A stretch of 61,515 nt of DNA, the filler included, from Sphacelaria rigidula (lineage: Eukaryota), in NCBI GenBank assembly GCA_964200075.2. It is 8 parts of 8 records of this genome, joined end to end, with 100 filler letters (N's around TTAATTAATTAA, not from the genome) between each part and the next. Parts side by side here need not be neighbours in the genome. Positions count along the whole stretch, not along the records: positions 1 to 7,603 come from CAXNAA020014143.1; positions 7,704 to 15,305 come from CAXNAA020014144.1; 6 more parts are not named here. One strand, given 5' to 3'. The translations under genes were made by a program, and so were the position numbers. Below are positions 1-12,581 of this stretch, one piece after another (position 1 is the first letter of the stretch; each line of letters begins with the position of its first letter). The notes beneath the pieces are model-generated. The model did not search any database. It worked only from the letters and a program-made list of their open reading frames with translations, and had not been told where the DNA came from.

Positions 1-27
1 TCTTCGTTCGGCATTTTCCGTGTTGGG

Positions 28-78
<51 letters not shown>

Positions 79-898
79 ATGAAGTTTACGAGAGGATGTT
101 CGACACAGGTCCAGGCCGTTGACACACAACCTACGTTCTTGTTGGCTTCAAGAATAGATAACCGCGTGAAAAATGAGCCCGGTGTTGTGTATATTTTACA
201 ACATGGAAGACCAGTTGACAACACTTCATCCTAAACACGAAAAGACGCATACTCATGAGTTCGACGCCTTACCTGTTTGACCATCCAGCATTCCTTCTCG
301 AAAGGGTGAAGGCACGACGAGTGATGCTATGCGTTTACCGTCCCGCTCGAGGACAGGGAAATGTGTTCACGCTCTTGCTACCATTATACCGGCACGGTTG
401 GCTCTCACTTCCTTCCCCGCATATGTTGTTCCGCTGCAAACCACCCCGTATGGAAGCACCACGTTGCCACAGAGGTTCGATCGGCGTTGTCATTGTGTTG
501 CCCCCAGGGAACACCGTCCTTCTCATTTCTCGCTCAAGATTTTTTTCCACACCACCTCCTATCACCATCATGTTATCGCAAAATCTCGGTTGACGTTTCA
601 AGCGATACCGGGAGTGATTGAACATCGTCCCTGGGCAAGCACTTCCATAGATCTGCTGTGTCGATTCCCTCTCCCTTGAGTGAGCTATGCAGATGCACGG
701 TAAAGTTCGAACGGATGGGACCACGCGTTAAACAGCTGGCACGTGAATCTGGCTGTATCATTCGCCAACTGGATGGTGTCAGCGTTGTTCACTTTTCTTC
801 TCCTCCCCCCCCCCGCCCTCATTAACGCTGTCGGTAAACTCCAAGTCGGCAGAAAACGCCTTGCTTGTAATTTTACGCCGACCAATGATGAAAACGTT

Positions 899-1214
899 TG
901 GTGAGACACCTATAAGGCAGCGGCACTTTGAAACCCGTGGCTGTCTCTGGAAGTGGGTATGTCAGAAAATGAGGCAATTCCTTGAAGGCTATCATTCGTG
1001 TGCATGATGCTTAGTACGCGTTGGGCCGAACAATTTTAGCAGTATGCAGCTCACCCTTCATGGTACTCTCCGAATAACATCACGGCGCTTCGCGCTTGAT
1101 GACTGATTGTGAGCCTGTCCGGCAAAATCCCGACGTGCTTCGTCCCGACTTTGTAGGGATGCGAGGTCAATTGTCATATGACTACGGTATGCGCGATCAT
1201 GAGTACCCCCTCCC
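899..1214 (+). mobile_element. Long (~315 bp) copy of a SINE-like retroposon with a C-rich tail
   Basis: Runs from TGGTGAGACACC via GGCTGTCTCTGGAAGTGG and CACGGCGCTTCGCGCTTG to GGGATGCGAGGTCAAT...CATGAGTACCCCC; homologous blocks at 7330-7377, 7590-7603, 22960-23007(-), 23108-23181, 32181-32280, 38352-38411, 57673-57773 and 58924-59202. Confidence 0.75.
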
Positions 1215-1757
1215 TGCCCTATCGTCAAATGACTCGCTCAACGCTTCCAGAAAAGATTGGGTGTCGGATGTGATACCCCAAAAGCTCAAGCATTGGCTTC
1301 CGAGCGGGTAGTTATGCCGATGAATCTGCTTTTCTCATTGAACCCCATTTTGATGGAAGTGCTCTACTACGTTCCCATCCCCGCCTATCCCTGAGAACCT
1401 CTGCCCACGCCATCAGGATATAGGCGTAACTTAAGAAGCAATAACGGTGATGCTGGGGCCCTTCCCCCAGGAGAGAGGATATACTCCGTGCTCCTTCGAT
1501 GGAGGTGCTATTTTGATTTTCCCCACCCGCATCGTATAAACGACCTGAAATTAATCTAGTCATCCCCTGCCGGGTACGCATGCGCGAATCCATCTGTAGG
1601 ACCAAACACATCCAATGTTTACGCCAACCGAACGCAATTCTGATTCTATCAGGTGTTACTGAACTGAAAGTGATGCTACAACGGTATACCTATACCTTGT
1701 TTACAGTACACTACCCTCTACCCTGCATCAATCGCCCAACGACTTCAATGTTACCAG

Positions 1758-1988
1758 GCGTGTCCTGCGGGCTACGCATGCGCCGACAAGACATCGGAAC
1801 CTGCGGCGTGTTCCCCCGGATCTTACAGCGTGAGCGGCGCGACGGAGTGCACGGAATGTCCCGCGGGATCTTACTGTTCCAGCACCGGAAACAGCCCGGA
1901 ACTTTGCGCAAACGGCTCGTACTCGTTGACCAACTGGGCGTACTGTGTGGTTTGCCCCGCCGGACAGTTTTGCTTTAATACAAATGAG
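1758..1988 (+). CDS. Internal exon 1 of 5 visible, Cys-rich GCC2/GCC3 (ephrin-receptor-like) repeat protein; gene is partial
   Basis: ttaccAG|GCG acceptor and GAG|GTaaat donor; translates to ACPAGYACADKTSEPAACSPGSYSVSGATECTECPAGSYC...CPAGQFCFNTNE; phase 0/0. Confidence 0.85.
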
Positions 1989-2474
1989 GTAAATGTTGCA
2001 CGTACATCGTTCATCGTTTGAGGTTCCGTAGGTTGCTCTCGCTGTCTTGACATATTTTTCATTGCGGTTAAGTGAAGGGTGATATCACTATACTCATTTT
2101 TTTTTATCGTATATCGTTGCAAGTTTAACGATGGCATGGTTGATGTTGCATCTCTGGCTTTTTTTCAACGACAGGTCAACCGAAATGATCCCATAGGAGG
2201 TTCATCATTTTTCTCCCCCGACGTTGTGGGCTACTAGTCTAATAATAGCATCTTGTTCGAGAAAGGCTACATGTTTCGATGATTTTTTCGATCAAGATTA
2301 TAGCCATACGTTAGCCGATTACTCAGACCCCGTGGTCACAGGGCATATGGGCATCCAGGAAACACAACAGTGGTCTGGAGCAAAATGACTGTTCATTAGG
2401 AAGAAGCCCTCAGTGTGGACAGAGTGCTTGTCATTCTTCATCCCTCTTTCTTCCCCAAAACGAAATCGACGCAG

Positions 2475-2816
2475 GCGGGCACCGATTGTCCGGCCGGAAC
2501 AGCGTCTCTGGGCGGCGCTACATTCTGCACCACATGCGAAAGTGGAACCTACGCCGCATCTGACGGTTCAACTACCTGCACTATTTGTCCCGCGGGGAGC
2601 TCCTGCCTAGATGTCGCTACTACACCTGTCCTCTGCGGAAATGGAACCTTTAGCTTTGCTGGGGATGGGTACTGCACGAGCTGTGAGGCGGGGACGTACA
2701 GCATAGAGGGATCTTCGAGTTGCCTCGCGTGTCCTGCGGGAATGGAGTGTTCGGACCCTGAGGCTGGGCCTATGGCCTGTGGGGATGGGTACTATTCTGA
2801 TGGAGGGAGTGCGAGT
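2475..2816 (+). CDS. Exon 2, Cys-rich GCC2/GCC3 repeat protein
   Basis: gcAG|GCG acceptor and AGT|GTaagt donor; AGTDCPAGTASLGGATFCTTCESGTY...CGDGYYSDGGSAS; in frame with exon 1. Confidence 0.85.
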
Positions 2817-3574
2817 GTAAGTTGAATACTGGTCGATGACTTGTCTGCTTGTTGTGTATTTGGTGTGAGCATGCATGACTTACATATATATAAATATATG
2901 CATTGCCGTAGAATCGACTTCACAGGAACACGAATTAGGGTCAGCCAGAGCGTGCTGTTGTTACTCTTTCGATGGCGAGGTATTCCATTCCGTCGAGCCT
3001 GTGCAGCGAAAGCGCGATCTTTACGAGTGAAATACTCTCAATAAAGATTCTTCGTTGCTCATGCATTCCGCAGACGAAGTATTTGTGTGTGATGTGTGTT
3101 CGCTGCCACGAAGAAACGGAATTGAACAGTATAATAGTACAGTAATAAATAATAATAATAATGCGATGGCGATGAAAGGATGAGCTCTGTTACTGTCCCT
3201 GTCACGCGTATTTTTTAAATCTACGCCGAAGAGGTGCTCTCCCCAACCATGTGTTGTTGTCGTCCGTGAACCAATAATTGTTAAACTCCCTGGAGAGTGT
3301 TCATTCGAAACACAGGGAATCCCGTATGTTTCTTTCACGAGACGTTACACTTGAGCATCTAGGGATGCGTCGTAGCGGCCCCTTTCCATTTTTTCACTCG
3401 TAACTTCAGCACTACTCTCTTCCCTTATTTATTTGTGCCTGGAGAAAGAAGCGTCCTCCCGTGCGCCGTGTTCGGTGTCGCTCGCTCCCCCCTCCCCCAC
3501 ACCCAACAACACGTGCTTTCCCGTCTACTTTTTCCTGCCAACATAACATTCGGTTTTACACAAAACACGAGCAG

Positions 3575-3810
3575 GTGCTTGCATGTACCGTCTGCGACCC
3601 TGGTACGTACTCGTCAGAGTCGAACGATCATTGCATAGCATGCTCGGCGGGATACGAGTGTTCCGACCCTACAGTGGGTCAAACGCTTTGCGGCGCTGGC
3701 TCCTACAGCACAGGTGGAGCTACTGCGTGCATGGAATGCCCAGCGGGTTCACATTGCTCATCTCCGTTCACGTCACCGCAGTCGTGCAGTGGCGGAACAT
3801 ACAGCACCAG
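3575..3810 (+). CDS. Exon 3, Cys-rich GCC2/GCC3 repeat protein
   Basis: gcAG|GTG acceptor and AG|GTgtgg donor (phase 2); VLACTVCDPGTYS...CMECPAGSHC...CSGGTYST. Confidence 0.85.
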
Positions 3811-4836
3811 GTGTGGTTTTGATTTTCCTCAATGTCTCATGTCGAAATGGGGATCACGAATGTCACTCTCGACTTGCCTTGCTAGTACAGAAAATAATTA
3901 TGTCTATCCTATCAGCCAAACACTCTAATTTTTTGTGTCCACCGATAGGTTGCCGGGTCCGGTGTCCACGTTTGGCCTCAGCATACGGCACCATGTGTGA
4001 TTCCTTACTGACAGTTCTTGTTGGAGTAATTTGCTCCTCCCTCGAGATCCGGTTTGGTGTTCTTGTCCGCTGGTTGAATTTTTTATGTGAGCGTACAGCC
4101 GCTAGTGATCATCCCATTGACACGTGTAGAGTACGTACCTCTGGGTGGAAAACCCTCCGGTCTTTCTATCGGGAGACTTGATCAACTGCCTGAAAGCATC
4201 GGAGGTGTGATTGCGAAGTGGTCCACCTGCGCTGGATCATCCTCCGATATGAGATTTGGATTCCCGGCTCCGCCTCTTCTTTCGGCATCGTCACGTAGTT
4301 TTCGCGTCACGTACATCAGCTCAGTACCTCCGTTACCTACTTGCGTTGCATCAAACTATATCGCTTCCAAAATAATTTTCGTGCCAGTTAATAAGTCAAT
4401 CATGGTGCCTCTCTCCCGCCAACGCAATGCCCCCACGGTTCCTCTTCCTCGGATATCCCTGTGCGTGCTTTCCATATGCCGCAATTGTATCCTCAAACTC
4501 TGTCTTATTTGTTCCTCGCGCCTGAAACAATGAAGGTAGCACGATACAACCACCACGTCTCATCCCGCACAACATACTTCCGTTTCTTTCCCGCTACGTT
4601 CCTGCGGACCTTTCCTATCTCAGCATGATCAAGATTTCTGAAGCATAATCAGTGGATTATCAAACTGTACAGCTTACCTGCGAGGCACGCCAGCTCAAAA
4701 CCGCTCGGCTAACCGCAACTTAGTTCTACCCCCCGCACTTGCTCTCCCCGCACCCACCCTACGCCGCGCTCCCCATCTCACACAAGAACGTTTTTTTACG
4801 TCCACATCCCTATTCCTGACCTTAACCCGCAACCAG

Positions 4837-5157
4837 TGGATCCGCAAACTGCACTGCATGCCCTGCGGGTTACTCGTGCTCAACACCATCTGCTCTACCG
4901 GTCGCCTGCGCGGAAGGATCTTACTCTGCTGAGGGCGCGGTCACCTGCTCCACGTGCGAGGCCGGGTTTTACTGCCCGGGCCCACCCTACGATGAAGCAT
5001 CCAAAACGGCGTGCGCCGTGGGACACTACTCCCTCGGCGGTGTATCCACCTGCACGTCTTGTCCCAAAGGTTTCTACTGCCCGGACACGGCGCAGGCCCC
5101 TGACGCCTGTCCGGAAGGCTACGTGGCGTATGTCGGCAACGAGACTTCGTGTGCTCG
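4837..5157 (+). CDS. Exon 4, Cys-rich GCC2/GCC3 repeat protein (its reading frame is absent from the ORF track)
   Basis: aaccAG|T acceptor completes AG+T=Ser; manual translation GSANCTACPAGYSCSTPSALPVACAEGSYS...CPKGFYCPDTAQAPDACPEGYVAYVGNETSCA; CG|GTgggt donor (phase 2). Confidence 0.85.
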
Positions 5158-6407
5158 GTGGGTGGGTGCGTGGGTCGAATGAGGGCCGCGGACGGTTTCT
5201 GTGGATAGGGTTTGTAACCCGTCAATAGCAGTAGGATTGTGAATGTACACCGATCACATCGTTCTACCGGGATGACGCGGCTCGTCATATGGTATGGGTA
5301 GCTGACATCGAGATACAGGCCACTTGCCCTTGTCGGGTGTAAAATATGATGGAATGGAAAATGACTGATTTGCGGACACGGTGCTTTATCAACCAAGAGC
5401 AAAATGATTTGTGCCAAACTGCGCTTGATTTCTTGGATCGATACCCCGCTTCCGTTTGTGTTCGTGTGTGTGCCTAGTGTCAAAACTCACGCGCTGACCG
5501 ATTCTCTTTCATTACTGGAATCACCCACATGTAGTATGGTTGTTGAACGTCTACTGTGCAAACATGCCTGGTCTGCTTACCAAGGAAGATAGCAACGAGC
5601 CGTGTATTCCTTCTGTCCTTGGATCAGCAGGGGAGCGATCATTTCGGCTTGCACTACGCACTCTCCTGACTGCTGCGCGACAAACAGCTGGTTTTCGCGA
5701 TGATATCGCTGTATCGTCTGAGTCGTACAGCGTACTATGTACGGCCGATACACGCCCGTAAATGGTGAACATCTTCGCTAACATGAGGTCTTTCGAATGA
5801 CGATGTCGAGCATTTTTTTCGCTTCCTGCTGGCGTTGCGTTCGTCGACGAGGAAGACGTGGTGTGTGGAGCAAGTTTAGGGGGGCAGCGTGCTTCATTAG
5901 TGCTAATGCAGCTTTGAAAAGTAGGTGTCTCTGTTCCCCCGTCGTTGCGTCTGAAGTGAAGGATACTGTCATCAGAGCTATTGTGGCAGGATATATGTTT
6001 TCTTGAGGTTGAGTAAGGATCTATTCCACCGTCGCATGAACGCGCTCACTTTATTTCCGTTACGCTCGACCGCCTTTTTAATCGCAATCTATTCTTACAG
6101 GGTAGTACTATTGATTCTCGGTGAAAAACCGGGCCAGGATAAATTCTAGGTTGTCATAACTATAAATATTGTACGTTGACGGACCCTTTTGGCACGCAGC
6201 ACCTCTGCGTATAAAATTTACCAAATGCAAAAATGAGCGATTGACAGGATTCATCCACGTACCCCGCTGGTGAAATGACCAACAATAATATCTCGCTATC
6301 TCGTTACAGCAACTACTGACATTTAAAAAGCCCGACCGTCACCCCTCACCGACACTACCACTGCCGTCCCCTCAACCGTCCCACCCCGCAACAACTCAAC
6401 ATCACAG

Positions 6408-6930
6408 TTGCTCTGCGGGATATTACTGCCCCTCAGCATCCATGCCAGAGCAGCCTTGCGCCGACGGCTTCTTCAGTGAGGCTGGCCTGTCGGAGTGCAC
6501 GACATGCCCCGCGGGCTATGCTTGCGCCTCCACGGCCTCCAGTTCCGTGCCCTGCGACCCAGGCAGCTACGCAATAGCCGGATCCAGTAACTGCACCACG
6601 TGCCCGCCAGGTTTCTACTGTCCCACAACAACCTCCAACACTGTTTATGAGTGTCCCTCCGGGAGTTACGCAACCGGCGGAGCAGTTTCTTGCCAAGCAT
6701 GTTCAGCGGGAACATATTGTCCGTTCACGGATGTGGCGACCGAGATTGCGTGCCCTGGGGGTTACTATTCCGGCGGGGGTGCAGGCAATTGCACGGCGTG
6801 TCCATCAGGGTTTTCTTGCAGCGTGGACGGGGCCGACATTATTGCATGCGAATCGGGGTATTATTCTACCTCCGGACAGACCGACTGCATCGACTGTCCG
6901 GCGGGATACTTTTGTCCGTTTACGAACCAG
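6408..6930 (+). CDS. Exon 5, Cys-rich GCC2/GCC3 repeat protein
   Basis: cacAG|T acceptor completes CG+T=Arg; CSAGYYCPSASMPEQPCADGFFS...CIDCPAGYFCPFTNQ; CAG|GTgaga donor; matches ORF 6442..7071. Confidence 0.88.
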
Positions 6931-7603
6931 GTGAGAATCGAAGGGGGGGGTGTTGTCGTAGGGACACATGGTCACACATTCGTCGTCTCGGATCACATCG
7001 GGTACGGGTACCCAAACGATGAGGCTTCTGTTTTGATCCAGCCGAACCCGATCTACGCTTCATTTCAATAGGCATCGTTCGGCAATGAGAGAACCTTGAG
7101 AAGAAAAACGAAAAGGTGCGCTGTGTTCAGACGAAATGAGAAGAGGGGACGGGGGAATGAATACAGTATACAGTATATGTCCCCGTACGTGAAGGGCGGG
7201 GTAAAATGGCTACGTCATGTGCACATCGATTGTAAGATAGCAGTTTACAGTTTTTCCGGTATCTCCCTTTTCTCACGCTGTGGGTTTTAAAATAAGGCAT
7301 GCATCCGACATGCGCCACTGCCCCCCTCAGCCTGGTCCGGCGAGAACCCGGCATGCTCCGTCCCGGCTTCGTAGGGGCGGACCCCCGATGGGGTTGGCAT
7401 CGGTTGGCGATGACGCTATAAAACACGCCACTCACTGCATAAGCTAGGCAACCAGGTTACCGGTTTTTTCTGCGCGCTTGCGTTTTTGTTTGCGGTGACC
7501 ATGATGGTAGTCGAGCCAGATCATGTTGTGCGGCTTGGGAGAACCTCAACTCCGCACAACGGGGATGATCGTACTACGTAGTGTTTAAATGGTGAGACAC
7601 CCA

Positions 7604-7703
7604 NNNNNNNNNNNNNNNNNNNNNNNNNNNNNNNNNNNNNNNNNNNNTTAATTAATTAANNNNNNNNNNNNNNNNNNNNNNNNNNNNNNNNNNNNNNNNN
7701 NNN
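7604..7703. other. Artificial contig spacer (also at 15306-15405, 23008-23107, 30710-30809, 38412-38511, 46114-46213, 53815-53914)
   Basis: N44-TTAATTAATTAA-N44, with stops in all six frames; identical at all seven joins. Confidence 0.99.
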
Positions 7704-8943
7704 GGGGGGGGGGGGGGGCGGTGGGGGGGGGGGGGTGGGGGGGGGTGAGGGGGGGGGGGGGGGGGGGGGGGGGGGTGGGGGGCGAGGGAGAAGTTGCACG
7801 CCAGATAACGTAGTGACTGTATGGCTGGCGTGAGCAATTATATTGTTCAGCAAGGGCAGCGGTTGGAGAGGGAGGGGAGGGTAGCGGGGGACGTCCGAAA
7901 CATACCGTGATGGTGATGCCTTTTGATCGGAAGTTGTATGGATACTTGCGTGCGCACGGCGTTGCTGTTGCTGTTGCTGTTGCTTGTGATTCACGGGGGG
8001 TGTCCTTGACTGGCTTCATGAAGACGTTTTTGCGGTTTTTGCTGTAGCACGGTGGGTGTTGTTGTCGAGATGATGATAGCGATCGAAGAACGTCTGTTGT
8101 CCTATAGACGATCTCCTGCCGAAGGTGATTGGACTCTGTGGCTCCGTATGTATCACGTATTTTAGCGTAGTGGTAGCGGTCAACTCTTGTTTTGTTGATC
8201 ATGACGTTGTGTCGGGATCGTGTGCCCGTTACTGTAGACATAAGGGAATTCCGATACTTGGGTAGCCGTGATGTCGAAGGAAATCGTATCCGGGAGCGTT
8301 GTGTCGAGCACGAACAGTCACGAGCAAGGGTAGTTTTATGATGGATGTTGTGTCCATGTAATGCTTAGTTCACTATTTTTATTTATATTTTGGACGGAAA
8401 GTAATGCCCGCGTATGGCGTTGAATCGCAGAGTTGTGTTTTCATCCAATTTTATGTACTTTACACTATGTCGTTATTTATTGTGTGCGTGCTGTCAGCTG
8501 TTTAGCTCCCGCCTGTATCCGCCCTTGAACCTTGCGTGTTTCATGTTGGTCGGTTGGCCTTCCGTGGTGAACTGTAAAGTCGTGTCCATTTTTAGTAGTG
8601 TTTTTTTTCTGACGGGGTTACCACGTACGCTCCTTTCCATGGTGATCGCTGGAGAATTGTTCCCGCGGTGCTGTCGATAGCAAGGTGCTAGGGATATTCT
8701 GCTGTCTCAGTTCGAGTGTTGAGTGCGATATTGTAGTGACCTTAATATGCTGGAATATTTGGAACTATGCGATGTCGGGTTGAAGACATTTCTCACACCT
8801 GATACGGGTGCGTAGAAGCAGCTGGTCATTTTCCAATTAGTCCCCTGATGTGTGCGAATGCTGACGTGGCCGATCTCCCGGAGATTCGTAAATCGAACGG
8901 TTCACTGTTGAATTGGGACTGAGCGTGGTGTGTTAGACATGAA

Positions 8944-9078
8944 CCCTCTGGGACCTAGACCCCCAGGAAGTGCTGAGTTTTTTTCTCGTGGATCGGCATC
9001 ATTTTCAGTAATTTTCGTGTCAAAATTATGCCGATTCCCAAAGATCCACCTAAAATCAGCACTTGAGTTCCCACAGGG
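8944..9078. mobile_element. 135-bp MITE with CCC...GGG ends (piggyBac-like)
   Basis: tgaa|CCCTCTGGGA...TCCCACAGGG|ttga; inner inverted repeats AAGTGCTGA/TCAGCACTT and ATCGGCAT/ATGCCGAT. Confidence 0.55.
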
Positions 9079-9721
9079 TTGATCAGCAAAAATTTCCTAC
9101 TCGGGCCCGCGATCCGCTCTGCATTTCGAGTGAGAGATGGTGCCGTTTAAACGGCACTGTAATGTGACCGCAGTAGCGTGCAGGTAGGGTTTTCATGTTA
9201 CTGAGGAAGCGGGGTGCAGGGTGACGGGAAGCAGGTCACTGGGTGGTGGGGGGAGGTATGTGCGTAAGAGTTATTTGTGGTGTGAAAACGTACTGGGTTT
9301 AGTCCGAGGCAAAGAATGTGTATGAGGGAGTGTTCAGCTAGTGGATCTTGTACACGGTTTTGATCTTTTTCTTTTCATTTCATTGGTGGCCGACTGCTTT
9401 TCATTTTCTCTTCCCTCGCCAATTTGTGCAGCAGTAACGTTTTGTACTGATGGCATGAGGTTTCCATGTCCTTGATATTTTTTTGTCCTTCCCCTCCCCG
9501 ATTATCGATTAAAGACTGAAGATATTTATATTCAGCAGTCGATGCGACGGGCTTTGCCTCGAAAGTACTCACGTATGGGCGGCTGTGGATTGCGCGTCAC
9601 GTCTGCCTGATGCCTTCGCAGAGTTAGCCGAGATTGAATTGGCGCACGCCTGTTCTTGTCTAGGCGTATGGAAGGCTGCAAGAGTAGCGTTTCTATTTTT
9701 GGTCTAATGTTTTATTTTAAC

Positions 9722-10158
9722 CGCTCATGCCGGCAGTTGAGCATTTAATAGGAGAGCGTAGTTGATTCCCACGCAATCTTTCTTGCGTGTTGAGCGTCTG
9801 GTTGGGTTGGTGTGCGTGTGGGGTAGAAATTTTCATTTTTTTTCCCGATAATGTAAACACGTTCGATTCCGGATGGACAGCGTTTCTCGTTCCGAGTGTT
9901 CCGCATTAGGATATTGTCGCATACTCTCGGTGCTCATGAATCGCGCGCATCGCTCATGTCGGTAGTTGAGCGTTTAGTAGGAGAGCGCAGTTGATTCCCA
10001 CGCAGTCTGGTTGGGTTGGTGTGCGTGTAGGGTAATTTTTTTCATTTCTTCTTGCGATAATGTAAACACGTTCGATTCCGGATGGACAACGTTTCTCGTT
10101 TCGAGTGTTCCGAATAAGGATGTTGTCGCATACCCTCGGTGGTCATGAATCGCGCGCG
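9722..10158. repeat. Tandem duplication of a ~230/210-bp unit
   Basis: Units start CGCTCATGCCGGCAGTTGAGC (9722) and CGCTCATGTCGGTAGTTGAGC (9951); they share GATAATGTAAACACGTTCGATTCCGGATGGACA and further blocks. Confidence 0.9.
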
Positions 10159-12171
10159 ATTCGGGTCTGGTGACTGTCGTTCCCATTAAATGAGAGCGGA
10201 GCTGCTTTTTGCGGGATAACGCAGGCGGAAACATACACTCACCCTCCCATTTGCCGGGTTGTAAAACCGTACAAATTCCAATGGTGTGTTTCATCGCGGC
10301 AAAGAGATGGCGATGACCTCGACGCAGCAGTCTCACAAGTTCAATCCAGATCAAAGGGCCCAAGTCACTCAGAAAGCACGACCACAATCGGGTCGGTCGG
10401 TGGTGGGGGAGTTTTTTTTTTTTGGGCGGGTCATCATGACGAGAAGTCGTGGAGGGAGTTGGCCGGATTTTGTCCCCCCTGTGATCGTTTACCTCATACT
10501 TTTTCTTCGCCTAAAAAATCGTACCACGTCTTCTTTTTTGCTTTTGTAATCCAAGTTCATTTTTTTCCTTTTATTTTTTCTTGCTTTCCCCTCTCCCCCC
10601 TGTTGCTGCTACCGCCGCTGAACATCGCACCCCTCCCTCCCTCCCTCTGCCTCAACACTCTTTTGCGTCGGCGCGATTCGTATTCTCCATTCTTGTTGTT
10701 GTTCAATGGCCCAGGGAAAAAACTCTCGTGACACGTTCGATGGGTACTATGATCAGCATGTGGAGGATTCAAGCGAGGACGAAGCAAAGGGCCAGCACTT
10801 GAGATAATTACACGCCAATGAAGAAGAACTTGAGATCCCCTCCCCTCCCCGTCCGTCCGTCCTTTCGTCCCTCCCGCGCTTCATTGAAGAATGTTGCCCA
10901 CCAAAACCGCGGTCTTGTTCCATTGTGTGTGTGCAGCGTTGCTCTTTTATTTCATGTCTTCACACGGAGTAGCTGCCGTCATCTTTTTTTCACGTTTTTG
11001 TAGTTGTTGTTTGTTGTTGTCGCTGCTATTGCTGCAGTTGTAAAAACGCGAACGCGGCCGGCGCTTCTTCTGCTCGACGATTTATTGTGTGTTGTTGCAA
11101 GAAGCGAAAACATGTTGGGGCAATGGAAATGCCCACATATCATGGGGTAGTGATCCCGCTGTTGCCGTGCTCGACGATAGTATGTTTGAATCGTGAAATC
11201 ATGATGTCTTGGATCGGATAAGTTTTAAGTGAATGGTTGAACAAAACGTAGAGCAGCGATCGATGGAAGAAGGGGGGCGTACTCATTTGTTGCTTGCCTT
11301 AGTCATTTGACCATTGAAGAAGAGGGGGGGGGGGGGGGGGGGGGGGGGTTTTGCGGGGGGGGGAAGGTTTATGGGGGGGGAGGGGCGTGTTTGGGGTGTT
11401 TTCGAGNNNNNNNNNNTGTGCGCCGGTCGGTTTTTTTTGCTCGTGGTGTGTCGTGGGTCTGTTGTGGGGGTGGGGGGGGGGGGGGGGGGGGGGGGGGGTC
11501 TGGATTTTGCGCTGAGGATAATGTTTAAGTGGTGGGAAACGTGCTTCTTGTGTGTTCTCCGAAACATGTGGCTGAGTCATCGTGGATAATGCGACGTGCT
11601 TGCTCCACGGGGTTTATGGATGCGTTCCGTACTCCCGTCATTCCATCATGTCCTTCGTCGACTTGAGGGGTTCAACACCCCCACGTTGTTGTCAACTGGT
11701 GGGGTTAATGTGTTCTGTTATTTGTTGTGCCCGGCAATAACAGACACCACCTCGTGTCTGTGTGTGTTCCCCCTATTCGTGTATGTATTTACCGCTACTC
11801 GTGTTTTCTTCTTGTTCTCTCTATTCCATGTCATGCGTCTGAAGTAGATTATAGAGCATGAACGCGTGCGCACGACGACGGGATTCTGCAGACAATCTTC
11901 CGTGACATGTTATCGAATTTTGCCTAGATGAGATGATGAGTACTAGGGCACGCCCATCACCCACTTCGACTCCACTTTTTTTTTGCTTGAAGCGGTCTCT
12001 ACTCCACTTTTTTATCCACATTTACTGTTGTCACACAGTCGACAGTTTCGCGTTTTCGTGGCTTGACAACACTCACTCTAGGCTCGGATATTGTTCTCGT
12101 TCGGAGTGATCGCGCAGCGGACACGGCATGAATGATGATCGTTTTTACTAGAAAGATGGGATAGTTGCAGA

Positions 12172-12581
12172 AACACTGGATCTTACAAATTGGGGATGAG
12201 AAACTCGGAGAATTAAAATCTTCGCATCCACACCAAATCTTCGAAAAATGGTTCCATTTTTCTACTTACGGATAGCTACTGACAACAGCTACACGCCATA
12301 GAAGTTTGGTATTCATTCACCGAAATAATAGGGTCCTAGGTGAAGAACCAATTTTAGGGAATTTCGGATGTCCGAACGGACGCCAAAATGGTTCCGTAAT
12401 TGGTTTTTCACCTAGGACCCCAACATCTCGGTGATTTTGAAATGCAAATTTCTATGGCGTGCAGTTGTTGTCCGATAGCTGTGAGTAGGTGAGGAAAATG
12501 GAGACGTATTTCGAAGACTTCAACTCTCCCGGTTTCTCCTCCCCAATAGAAGATCCATCCCCAATTCGTAAGATGCGTGTT
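12172..12581. mobile_element. Foldback/MITE with long imperfect TIRs (family copy 1)
   Basis: AACACTGGATCTTACAAATTGGGGATG at the left and CATCCCCAATTCGTAAGATGCGTGTT at the right; inner GGGTCCTAGGTGAA/TTCACCTAGGACCC; homologous to 34140-34519. Confidence 0.75.

Noticed and set aside
7648-8241. Poly-Pro/poly-Gly ORFs (also 28-234 and 11283-11589)
   Set aside because: They arise from G/C homopolymer runs and N spacers.
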